NCBI RefSeq assembly: GCF_032444005.1
Contig: NC_091288.1
Coordinates: forward strand, 203,608,001 to 203,672,000
Direction of reading: 5' to 3'
Length of the DNA: 64,000 bases
DNA from: Ranitomeya imitator
Taxonomy: Eukaryota
Shown here: positions 22,604-33,575 of the stretch, in pieces
Position numbering within the stretch: the first letter of the stretch is position 1
Layout of the letters: each line of letters starts with the position of its first letter
Translations under genes and position numbers: made by a program
Notes under the pieces: model-generated
Told to the model about the DNA's origin: nothing
Databases searched by the model: none
The model's input: the letters and a program-made list of their open reading frames with translations, nothing else

Positions 22604-23100
22604 CTACAAATAGGAAATAAACAAGTTAAGGAAAGTCTGTTGTCAATGCCGCAGATCGGCGGGGGTCCGGAGCTGCTGCATTAGTGTGCACAGAGAGGGG
22701 TACTGTCTTAATCTTCAGTGAAGAGCAATTGAGGGGGGTCCCCTAACCCAGAACACCACAACAACAAAAAAAAGATACAAAAAGCATGGCAAGCACTCTG
22801 TAACCAAGGTCTAATAAAAGGGTTACCCAGCCAGATTGGTGGAGGGGTCTTCACCCGGCACACCAATCGTTCAGCAGACGCAGCTAGAATAGCACGGCCC
22901 TGATCACGGTGTAGTGGCCATTCCCGAATCCTGCACCTCGGCTCCTAATGAACTGAATAGGAGCTGAGCCGCAGCACATGGGAACGGCTGCTATAGAGTA
23001 TGGAGCTGTGCTGTTCAGCTGGTGGGAGGCATCAGACCTCACTACTGCGGGGGGCACACGGCCGGTCACATAACCCACTTTAACCCAGAACATCAGTTAC

Positions 23101-23184
23101 CTCATAGGCTTCAGCCAGCTGAGAGAACTTCTCCTTGGCCTGGGGATCGTCTTTGTTGGTGTCGGGATGGTATTTTTTGGCCAG
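23101..23184 (-). CDS. DNAJA3: DNAJA3 exon 3 (84 nt), HPD motif
   Basis: [28 protein letters not shown]. Confidence 0.96.
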
Positions 23185-24627
23185 CTGTAGTCAATAGACA
23201 AAGGCAGATTAGATCACATCACATCGAGAATCACATAACAGTATAGGACCAGGAATAATTGCAATCATAAAAATAAGTAAATGTGTAAAGAAAGAAGATT
23301 ATTAAGGCAGAGACACAGAAAAGGAGAACTGTAGATGCAAAAGGATGAAGCTGCCGAAGACCGTACAACCTGTCAGCAGCTTTCTGCCCTGTTTTATGTC
23401 CATGTTATAAAGCAGAGGAGGTAAAGGAAGGTCAGTGGTTGTCAGGCATCTGTGATCTCAGCAAAATCACCGAGCTGAGCCCCCCTCTCCAATTAATATC
23501 TGTCCAGCAGCCATCAGGCGGAAGGGGGATTATAAGCCCCTCTTATAAGTCGCTGGTAGTAAATAACTGCATTTCCCATAAATTCTGCAGCTTCTTTACC
23601 TAAATCTCTAGATTGACCTGTAACTCAGTTATTCTTCTTGGAAATATAAACATACAATGGGACCTTGATGCTACAGGCAAAGACAATGGCGGCGTCCAGT
23701 GATTGCACCCGCGTCTCGACAGGTAACGTCTTTGGCACTGCTTGCTTTAAAGGCAAAAGTAAGAGATGGCGGATAAACTCTTTTAATATAAATTTGCAGG
23801 AGGAATTAAAAAAAAAAAAGGAAAGGCCTACTGTAAAATTTTGAAAGAACTACTTGCTGTGCTTGTGCTTTTTCATGGGGAATACAATAATTACCATTGT
23901 AAGCCTGATGGGCGGATACTTACATGGCGAAAGGGGGCAGTAAAGTTTGTCTCTATAGCTCATCTATGTAGAGCCCACCAGCAAGCTTAGGAAGACCAAG
24001 GCCAGGGAATGATCGTTGCAAAACATAAGTGTGTTAATTACTAGTTCTCATCTATGGGGGATGAAAATTGGTTTTCTAGGGTGATCTACTAGAGAGCAGC
24101 CAACATAAGACCACGTAAAGAGCGATGATGCTCGGATAATGAGTTATTCAAGGACGCTTATGTGCTAATAGACTATCTTCATGCTCTATGTTCGAGTCCC
24201 CGCGGCTCTTCGACAGTCGCAGCACATGCAGGGATTGCCTAACAAACATGCGAGACGCAAACATAAAATTCAATCACGCTGAAGATACTCTATTCGCACA
24301 CAAGCATGCTCAGATAACACCTAATCTCAGCACGCTCGCTTGTCACATAGTAAAACCAGACAATGACCCCCAACTACAGACAGCAGAATTGGGGTTCTTG
24401 CAGCTTGTCAGGGCAGACAAGGATACTGGATGACTGGGTGAGAGGCTCTCGATGAAGGTTTACTATGTCTCTGTGTGAAACCGCCCAGTCACAGGATTGT
24501 TTGCCTATTTCACAAGAAGGTGAAACAAGTCCCTGCAACACTAATCAATACATCCAATATGAAAAAGTGCGGACCGTTCGCACCGGGGCTGTGGCGCAAT
24601 CCAGTCACGTCTGACCATTCATCCCAC

Positions 24628-24749
24628 CTGGTAATACGCCTTCTTGATTTCTTTCTGGGTCGCACTCTTCGGGACTCCCAAGACCTGGTAATAGTCCGAC
24701 TTGTTAACAGATGAACTGGTGTGAAACTGGGAGACGTGTCCTGAGAAGG
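24628..24749 (-). CDS. DNAJA3: DNAJA3 exon 2 (122 nt; alternative in-frame acceptor at 24740)
   Basis: [41 protein letters not shown]-domain start. Confidence 0.9.
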
Positions 24750-25276
24750 CTGCAAAGACCGGAGAGAAGGGAAGTGATGGTGAATACGAGGAACTCCCCA
24801 GAATCACCAGCCTTAGACATTACACTGTACTACTAGATCCCCGCGATCACACAGAGTCCGACACCTGCCTCCTTAGAGGGAATGTTGAGAATTAGAAAAA
24901 CATGGCTGATTATTTTCCACCCTCAAAAATCAGGGTCACACCTGTCTGCAAGCAGTATGTAGCATTAACACTCACCCCTACTCACTTTAATAGTGCAGAG
25001 CTGTAATACCAGACACAACCTGCAGACAGATGTGGCGCTGTTTTTAGAAGAAAGCGCCATGTATTTCTAATCCTGAACAGTCCTTTTAAAAGGATAATCT
25101 GGTCTCAAGAGTAAGCGTTCCTTCCTATATAATAGGCAGCTCTGTGAATAAAGAGATCTGTACTACCCTGATCAGGCGTCCACTGTGCAGAGAGCGGAAG
25201 GAACGTCACACATTACCGGAAAAGAGGTAAAAAAAACCCAAACATGTGGAGCTTCAAGATAATATAAGAGTGTTGC

Positions 25277-26250
25277 GATCTGCCGTCCTACGAGGGGGCG
25301 ACATGCAGGGATCTGCCGCCCTACGTGGAGGCGACGCGCAGGGATCTGTCGCCCTACGTGGAGGCGACGCGCCGGGATCTGTCACCCCACGTGGAGGCGA
25401 CGCGCCGGGATCTGTCGCCCCACGTGGAGGCGACGCGCCGGGATCTGTCGCCCCACGTGGAGGTGACGCGCCGGGATCTGTCGCCCCACGTGGAGGTGAC
25501 GCGCCGGGATCTGTCGCCCCACGTGGAGGTGACGCGCCGGGATCTGTCTCCCTACGTGGAGGTGACGCGCCGGGATCTGTCGCCCTACGTGGAGGTGACG
25601 CGCCGGGATCTGTCGCCCTACGTGGAGGTGACGCGCCGGGATCTGTCGCCCCACGTGGAGGTGACGCGCCGGGATCTGTCGCCCTACGTGGAGGTGACGC
25701 GCCGGGATCTGTCGCCCTATGTGGAGGCGACGCGCCGGGATCTGTGGCTGTACAGAGCGAAGGCGACACAGCGGGATCTTTAAACCTACATGAGAGTGAC
25801 ATGCTGGGATCTGTAGTCCTACACGGAGACAACACTCCAGGATCATCAAGTCTGCGCAGTGGAAATACGTCAGTATCTGAAGTTGTATGTAATAGTGGCA
25901 TGCTGGGATCTGTAGTTGCACACACTGGCGGCATGCTGGGATCTGTAGTTGCACACACTGGCGGCATGCTGGGATCTGTAGTCCTACACGGAGACAACAC
26001 TCCAGGATCATCAAGTCTGCGCAGCGGAGATACGCCAGGATCTGAAGTTGTATGTAATAGTGGCATGCTGGGATCTGTAGTTGCACACACTGGCGGCATA
26101 CTGGGATCTGTAGTTGCACACACTGGCGGCATGCTGGGATCTGTAGTTGCACACTGGCGGCATGCTGGGATCTGTAGTCCTGTACAGCGGTGACAAGCCA
26201 GGTTCTGTAGTCCTGCACGGTGGGAACATGCTGGGATCTGTAGTCCTGCA
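25277..26250. repeat. 33-bp minisatellite in two subfamilies sharing a GGGATCTGT core (DNAJA3 intron 1)
   Basis: GGGATCTGTCGCCCCACGTGGAGGTGACGCGCC about 13 times (25308-25745), then degenerate ATGCTGGGATCTGTAGTTGCACACACTGGCGGC units. Confidence 0.92.
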
Positions 26251-26366
26251 CCAGTACAGCACCTACTCTTCCCCAATAATCCGCCAGACTCCCCAGAGAA
26301 GCATAACCTTGAGTGTCCAGCACACATGGGAGCACAGGCCGGACACCGGGTCCCTCCAGCACTCAC

Positions 26367-26514
26367 CTCCTGCAGATGCCCGGGTTATTGCCGCCCTCAG
26401 AGCTAGACGCAGAGCTCCTTCACCCCGAGGCCATCGCTGAACCCCGGGAAGCAGCGGTCCCCGGGCCCCGGACACAGCAACTGACAACCAACGCGAGGAG
26501 CAGCGAGCCGCCAT
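26367..26514 (-). CDS. DNAJA3: DNAJA3 exon 1 (148 nt coding; mitochondrial presequence)
   Basis: MAARCSSRWLSV..., similar to the mammalian start MAARCSTRWL. Donor GAG|GTGAGT, phase 1. Confidence 0.92.
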
Positions 26515-26600
26515 CTTGCCGGGGAAACTTTCTCCACCGCGCATGCGTCCTGGACAGTGGACGCCACTATGGAGGAATGTCATTGGGACACCGGAAGTGC
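26506..26600 (-). promoter_or_regulatory. DNAJA3 proximal promoter: YY1 motif over the ATG, NRF1-like GCGCATGCGT (26539-26548), CCAAT (26582-26586), ETS/GABP CCGGAAGTG (26591-26599)
   Basis: Motif matches clustered in a CpG-rich segment at the start codon. Confidence 0.65.
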
Positions 26601-26957
26601 GCCCTCTTACTCCACCCAAATCCCATCACTTCACCGACGTCCAGAGCTTACTGGTCGCCATCTTAGTACTCCTCTACTGCGCTGAGAGAAATCTCTGGAA
26701 ATCTCTTTCAAGAAAGTTGCGTCACTTGTGCCCGAGCTGTGTAATAAAGTTGTCAATTACTGGCCTACTTACGGAAAACATAGAAACTATATGGGATTTT
26801 TTATTTACCATATTTTGTGTATTTTTTATTTGCATGATTTTCATCTATTTTTAAAGTCTTATATTAGCTTGATCCAACATTTGGGACTTTTCGAAAACTC
26901 CCCTACCCCCATGAGTGATTTTATGCACACCTGAGTTGCTAAAAACATGAAAAGGTG

Positions 26958-29061
26958 GGTGTCCAACCACTGGGCCCCCCACAATCCTGCCTTTGAGGCT
27001 TTAGATCCCTCCTCTATGGGATAAGGGAGAACCTGCTGATCGCGGGGGTCCAACCACTTGGCCCCCCACAATCCTGCCTTTGAGGCTTTAGATCCCTTCC
27101 CAATGGGATAAGGGAGAACCTGCTGATCGCGGGGGTCCAACCACTGGGCCCCCCACAATCCTGACTTTGAGGCTTTAGATCCCTCCTCTATGGGATAAGG
27201 GAGAACTTGCTGATCGCGGGGGTCCAACCACTGGGCCCCCCACAATCCTGCCTTTGAGGCTTTAGATCCCTCCTCTATGGGATAAGGGAGAACCTGCTGA
27301 TCACGGGGATCCAACCACTGGGCCCCCCACAATCCTGCCTTTGAGGCTTTAGATCCCTTCCCAATGGGATAAGGGAGAACCTGCTGATCGCGGGGGTCCA
27401 ACCACTGGGCCCCCCACAATCCTGCCTTTGAGGCTTTAGATCCCTTCCTATGGGAAAAGGGAAAACCTGCTGATCGCGGGGGTCCAACCACTGGGCCCCC
27501 CACAATCCTGCCTTTGAGGCTTTAGATCCCTTCCAATGGGATAAGGGAGAACCTGCTGATCGCGGGGGTCCAACCACTGGGCCCCCCAACAATCCTGACT
27601 TTGAGGCTTTAGATTCCTTCCCAATGGGATAACGGAGAACTGATGACACTCAGATCTACCTCTCTGGCCCAGACGTCACCGCTCTGCTGTCCAGAATCCC
27701 AGAGCGCCTATCAGCCATATCCTCCTTCTTCTCCTCTCGCTTCCTCAAACTCAATGTGGACAAATCTGAACTAATCATCTTTCCTCCATCCCATAGATCT
27801 TCCTTACCTGACCTATCTATCGCAATCAATGACATCATGCTTTCCCCCATACCGGAAGTCCGCTGCCTCGGAGTAACCTTTGACTCTGCCCTGTCCTTCA
27901 AACCGCACATCCAAGCTCTTTCCACCTCCTGTCGCCTCCAGCTCAAAAATATATCCAGAATCCGTCCTTTCCTCAACCGTCAATCTACTAAAATGCTTGT
28001 GCATGCCGTCATCATTTCCCGCCTTGACTACTGCAACATCGTTTTCTGTGGCCTCCCTGCTAACACCCTTGCACCTCTCCAGTCCATTCTTAACTCTGCT
28101 GCCTGACTAATTCATCTCTCTCCTCACTACTCCTCTGCTTCCCCCCTCTGCAAATCTCTAGACTGGCTCCCATTCCCTCAGCGTATCCAGTTCAAATTAC
28201 TAATACTGACCTACAAAGCCATCCATAACCTGTCCCCTTCCTATATCTCTGAACTAATCTCCTGATATCTTCCCTCACGTAATCTCCGGTCCTCCCAAGA
28301 CCTCCTACTCTCCTCCACACTTATCCGCTCCTCACCCAACCGCCTCCAAGACTTCTCCCGAATATCCCCCATCCTCTGGAATTCTTTGCCCCAACATGTC
28401 AGACTATCAACCACATTCGGATCCTTCAGACGGAACCTGAAAACCCAACCCTTCACGAAAGCCTACAGCCTGCACTGACCCCGCTGCCGCCTCATCACTA
28501 TCGAAGCTACCGCCTCACCAACACCGGAGCTCCTGCAACCCTCAACCTACTGTCTCCTCCCCCATAATCCTGTAGAATGTAAGCCCGCAAGGACAGGGTT
28601 CTCGCCCCTCTGTATCAGTCCGTCATTGTTAGCTTGTTTACTGTAAGTGATATCTGTAACTTGTATGTAACCGCTTCTCATGTACAGCACCATGGAATGA
28701 ATGGTGCTATATAAATAAATAATAATAATAATAATAACCTGCTGATTGCGGGGGTCCAACCACTGGGCCCCCCACAATCCTGCCATTAAGGCTTTAGATC
28801 CCTTCCCAATGGGATAAGGGAGAACCTGCTGATCACAGGGGTCCAACCACTGGGCCCCCCCACAATTCTGCCTTTGAGGCTTTAGATCCCTTCCCAATAA
28901 GATAAGGGAGAACCTGCTGATCGCGGGGGTCCAACCACTGGGTTCCCCACAATCCTACCTTTGAGGCTTTAGATCCCTTCTCAATGGAATAGGGGAGAAC
29001 CTGCTGATCGCTGGGGTCCAACCACTGGGCCCCCCATAATCCTGACTTTGCGGCTTTAGAT
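26958..29061. repeat. 87-bp tandem array (about 8 units left, about 4 right) split by an L2 insertion
   Basis: Unit CCACTGGGCCCCCCACAATCCTGCCTTTGAGGCTTTAGATCCC...GGTCCAA, giving a 29-aa period in the antisense ORF. Confidence 0.92.
27641..28737 (+). mobile_element. 5'-truncated L2 (CR1-group) LINE: RT C-terminus, 3' UTR and (TAA)n tail
   Basis: Reads DDTQIYLS...LKLNVDKSELIIF...SRLDYCN. A TGA ends the frame at 28106. Tail ATAAATAAATAATAATAATAA. Confidence 0.9.
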
Positions 29062-30859
29062 GCATTGTTTATAGGACTGCACTTGGCTACGGCCGATTAG
29101 GTTCTACGGACCTCATTGGGCTTTCTCAATTCGATAAAAAAGTATGATCAAAACTTTTTTGGGTCCTAATAATAACATTCTATGTTGTGCCCCCCAAAAT
29201 TTAAAGGCTGGCCTGTGAAGGGCTTAGGATAGTAATGGGTATTACAAAAGAACCAACATGTCAGGGCCAGACTGGCCATCATTGACTGCATGACAGAAGT
29301 CAGGAGGAGACCATTGTGCCTCATGTGTGTGCGGGGAGGAGAGGGAAAGCTTATTTTTAGGCGAGGATAGGTAACTGTTATATGGGTACAATACAGAGGA
29401 CAGAATTACACTGTGGAGGCACAATAGGGGCGTCAGTACTATGTAAAGTTACGCAGAGTGCAAAAATGCATTATTACTTATTACTTACTTATTACATTTT
29501 GGTCATTATTTTATTTGGAAGGCCTGTTGATAACACTATTACTATTTGAAGGCACAGAGAAGGGCACACGGCAGGTACTATTACAGTGCGGGGTATCGGA
29601 GGGATATTGTTACTGTCTAGGTCGTTATGCATCGATATAGCAATATGGTCTCAATTCATTAAGACTGGCATTTTGAACACAAATCACAAAGGACCCAGGA
29701 GTTTGTATGGAGGTGTGGAAAATTGGATAGGATGGTGGAAAAATTATGAGCCAAAAATGTCTGTGTTAAATTTTGCAGAGACACATAATAGATGGAAGAA
29801 GTTGTCATAATGGTCTGGGCTAAATGGAGAAGAAAAAGTCAAGTGAATAATTCTATTAGAGACGTCACCTGGAAGTCAATAAATATACCTGTAAAGTATC
29901 TGTGTATATGGTCTATACAGCACCCCTGTAGGACAGGTATCTACTACTATATGCCCACTTTATGGTGGGATTATTGACTTTAGTACAGTGGTTTTATCAA
30001 TTATCAGCATATAATCACTACTGCTGTGCTGGTGACATGTGGTTATAGCCTGTTGATATATGGTAATATCAATAAAAATTGTAAAAGAGATTATTCGGGA
30101 AAGGAATATAGGATTGAAAAAATAAAGGTAAGGAATTAATCTGTATTACTGCGACCTAACACAGATTAGATCAGTATTTGGGAAAACAAGCTGACAAATT
30201 CACTTAAAAATATCTGGATAATGATGGATAATTGGCACAAGTCCATTAACCTTCATTCTCAGATGTAGATGGTAGATCACTGAGGCCGTCAGATCATTTC
30301 TTTTTTTATTCTTTTCTTAACCAATTACTTGCCAAATTAAAATTTTTACAAGTACGGATTTTTCCGAAAAGGGCGTCCCAATATTCAATTAAAAATGACA
30401 ATGACATGATTTCCTATTTTGAAAACATTCATTTCACAAACACAACACAAAAAATTGGACCAAATGATAAAAATTATAAAATCTTAGTTGCTAGAAGCTA
30501 AAGATTAGGCGTCCCAAAAAAAGGACATTTGTAGATAATGGGTTAAATGATTTTTTAATAATTTATTTATTTATTTTTAATCTTTTTTTTTTTCTTCAGA
30601 CTACCTTTCACCTCCAATATACTACCGTGCCTGTACTGTATTTATAGTCCGTAAAATGAGAATTTTTTTACCATAGGGAGAGAGAAGTTTTTCCTACTCA
30701 TCACAAGAGCATGGAACGTCCCCTGCTAATATGAGCCGCCCCTGCTGAACCCCCTTCTGCTATAGAAAGTCCAACTACAGCGAAGATTAAAGGGATTTAC
30801 CCTGATAAAACGTTGGCTTCTGCCCCTTTTCCCAGAAGCTCATTTGCATATGTCACTGA

Positions 30860-30971
30860 TGGAGCACTGTGATTGGCTGACACAGTAGCTTAGTAGTTAA
30901 TGCAGCCCCGCCCACACGGAGCTTTATTTTAGCCTTCCTCCTGCCGCCATAGGCCCGGGCTGCAGGTAAGG
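30860..30971 (+). promoter_or_regulatory. Possible CORO7 upstream promoter / non-coding first exon
   Basis: ATTGG, GC box CCCCGCCC, then CTGCAG|GTAAGG donor at 30966. No transcript evidence. Confidence 0.3.
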
Positions 30972-31044
30972 ATGTGCTCCGCTCTGAGAAATGCCCCAGA
31001 CATTATCCAGCAGGGACAGTTTTAATGCCTTCACAGAGGATTAA

Positions 31045-31355
31045 AGGGAACCTGTCACCTGAATTTGGCGGGACAGGTTTGCGGTCATATGGGCGGGGTT
31101 TTCGGGTGTTTGATTCACCCTTTCCTTACTCGCTGACTGCATGCTGGCCGCAATATTGGGTTGAAGTTCATGCTGTGTCTTCCGAAGTACACGCCTGCGC
31201 AAGGTAATCTTGCCTTGCGCACGCGCAGTATGCTTTGCCCAACTGCGGGCAAAGCCGAAAAGCCTTAGTGTGCATGCGCCGGCGCACTATGTCCCGGAAG
31301 TATTTTGCTGTGTTCCGGGACTTAGTGCACCGGTGCATGCGCACTAAGGCTTTTC
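31045..31355. mobile_element. Truncated T2/Kolobok-type MITE
   Basis: TTAA then AGGGAACCTGTCACCTGAATTTGG. Homologous to 5836-6050 in reverse. Confidence 0.75.
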
Positions 31356-31910
31356 ACACACCCAGCTAGGACCCCCATTTTCATGTAGCATGCCGTGAAG
31401 TGGAAGATGAATACCTCGCCCACGGCTACCAATCCGCGCCAAGTGGCGCTCATGACACATGGCCAAGAACCACCGCCGGTGCCACTGTGGATTTCAAATT
31501 GCTATTTAGGATGGATTCCCATTCCTCCAAGGGGTTAAATTTAAGATATTGGAATTACCAATTATACAGTTTTATAACAAAAAGAAATTGTAAATCAATT
31601 GTTTAAATAAAAAAAAAAATTTGAAAAAATAAATCTCTAGAAATGGAAAGTACTATGGTGAGACATGCAGAGAAGATGACAGATGAGCTGCAGGGCAGGA
31701 GCAGACTGGAGCAATAGATCGCAGAGCTCATCGCTGGCTGCTGTCTCAGGGGCTGGGAGGGACTCAGGGGAGGTAAGAACTAGAGAGTGAAAAAGGAAGA
31801 AGAGGCTGAGAAGCAGCGAGGGGAGACAGCCCCAGATCTCAGGGACTGAGAGACAGCCCCAGATATAGCTCAGGGACTGAGAGACAGCCAGGCGGCCTCC
31901 CTGCACCGCC

Positions 31911-31970
31911 ATGAACCGCTTCAAGACCTCCAAATACAAGAACTGCATCCCTAAGATCCCCAAGAAGGAG
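31911..31970 (+). CDS. CORO7: Coronin-7 exon 1 (60 nt)
   Basis: GCCGCC-like Kozak (CACCGCCATG). MNRFKTSKYKNCIPKIPKKE resembles mammalian MNRFRVSKFRH. Donor GTAAGA. Confidence 0.92.
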
Positions 31971-32409
31971 GTAAGACGTGAAAAGTGACAGCTTGAATCT
32001 GTGCTCTGCAACTTGCACATTTCCAGCTGTTGCGAAACTACAGCTCCTAGCGTGCAAGGCAGCTGTCAGGGTTTGCTGGGAGTTGTAGTTCCATAGCAGA
32101 ACGAGACGTGCAGATTGCAAAGCCCTGGTCTCAATGACCGGTGTAGCTATATGCATCTTAAGGGGTTAATGCACGGGAAGGGGCGCATTCGTGCAATGCG
32201 TATGCATGCTGTCGTTTATTTTGAAGGTGTGGGTACACGCAGGGTTAACTCCGCATGATGTGCGTGGGGTGAGCGCACGCTTCATACCGCCGGATAGGGA
32301 GCACCGTCTTGTACCTGCACATAGGTCCACAGGTCACCACGGTCTTAAGCTGGGTTCATATTGCGTTAATGGCAATACGCTGATGGCATCCGTTACACAG
32401 CGGCTCTAA

Positions 32410-32952
32410 GGCTAGGTTCACATTGCGTTAGGGCAGTCCGTTTAGCGCATAGCGCTACCGACTGCGCTAACGCAATGTCCCAAAAGGGATCGCGTTTGCC
32501 GATCCCACTAGCGCAGATACCCGATCTGCGCTAGCGAGGAACGGACCTCGGACGCTGCAAGCAGCGTCCGCGGTCCGTCCGAAACTAACGGGACATCGCT
32601 AGCGCGTGCCGAAAATGGCATGCGCTAGAGATCCGTTAGCACATTGCCGTCAATGGGTGCGCTAACGGATCCATTGCAGCATGGCGTTAATTGCGACAAT
32701 TTCGCCATGTAACGGAGTCCGCTAGCGTTAACCCATTAACGCAATGTGAACCTAGCCTTAGTGATGTGCCGTCATTCTGTGAGGGACCCTCGGACGCAGT
32801 CTGCAACGTTTTTGGGTCCGTCACCGCTAGCACAGATAGAGCATCTGCGGTAGCGCAATCGCATAAACGCAAACTTTTTCTGCACTTGCGTTAACACAGT
32901 CCATTTAATGTATGCGTTGAGCGGACTGCACTAACGCAATGTGAACCTAGCC
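32410..32952. mobile_element. Harbinger-type MITE (32410-32757) plus an abutting partial copy ending 32952
   Basis: TIR GGCTAGGTTCACATTGCGTT / AACGCAATGTGAACCTAGCC. The right TIR occurs twice. Confidence 0.8.
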
Positions 32953-33423
32953 TTATGGGGGCGCAGAGATTTGGGGCATGTTCTGCCGAGAGGAACCTCG
33001 ATGCCCAAAACGGATCAGTTCCATAACTGATACAAGCGAAAGCAGAGGGGCCCCATTGCTTGTTATTATGGGGTCCATCTGGGTTACGTTTGGTGTCAGT
33101 TTTTGGAATGGGGGAAGAAAAATCAAGTCCTGCATAATAGGAGCCCCTCTACATTGTTCACATCTGTTCTGCTGGAAAAAGCCGAATGCAGCGCTCAGTA
33201 GCCCCATAGGGAACGAACAGAGCGGCGGTCGGGCATGTTCACCGCTCCATACTAAGGGCGCCGTCAGATGGCCTTATAAATCAGACCGCAGCGCACGGAC
33301 TGGCCGGCGGCTCTCCCCACCCGAGTGACCGCTTCATATAATTCTATGCAGCTGTCCGGCTCGGGTAGGGAGAGCTGCCGGCCAGTCCGATCATTGTGAT
33401 TACACGGTTGTCTGAAAGCGTAA

Positions 33424-33575
33424 GGCCGGGGTCACACTTCCGAGGGCAATGCGAGGAACTCATAGAAGTCTCCCGCATCAATACCCGGGACCATGTATTT
33501 CTATGCAGCCGCACACTCCGGTCCCGAGTATTGATGTGAGAGACTCGCGCTGCACACGCAAGTCTGACCCCGGCT
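33424..33575. mobile_element. Short Harbinger-type MITE
   Basis: TAA duplication. TIR GGCCGGGGTCACACTT. Confidence 0.7.

Noticed and set aside
23686-23728. Plus-strand ATGGCGGCG...CAG|GTAACG mini-exon in DNAJA3 intron 2
   Set aside because: No promoter context or downstream exons found; likely a chance match.
25246-26366. 315-370 aa ORFs, one starting at the exon 1 donor GT
   Set aside because: 33-bp repeat translations. Intron retention from exon 1 uses a different frame that stops at 26263.
26859-27649. 214-aa and 124-aa ORFs with a 29-aa period
   Set aside because: Antisense translations of the 87-bp tandem array.
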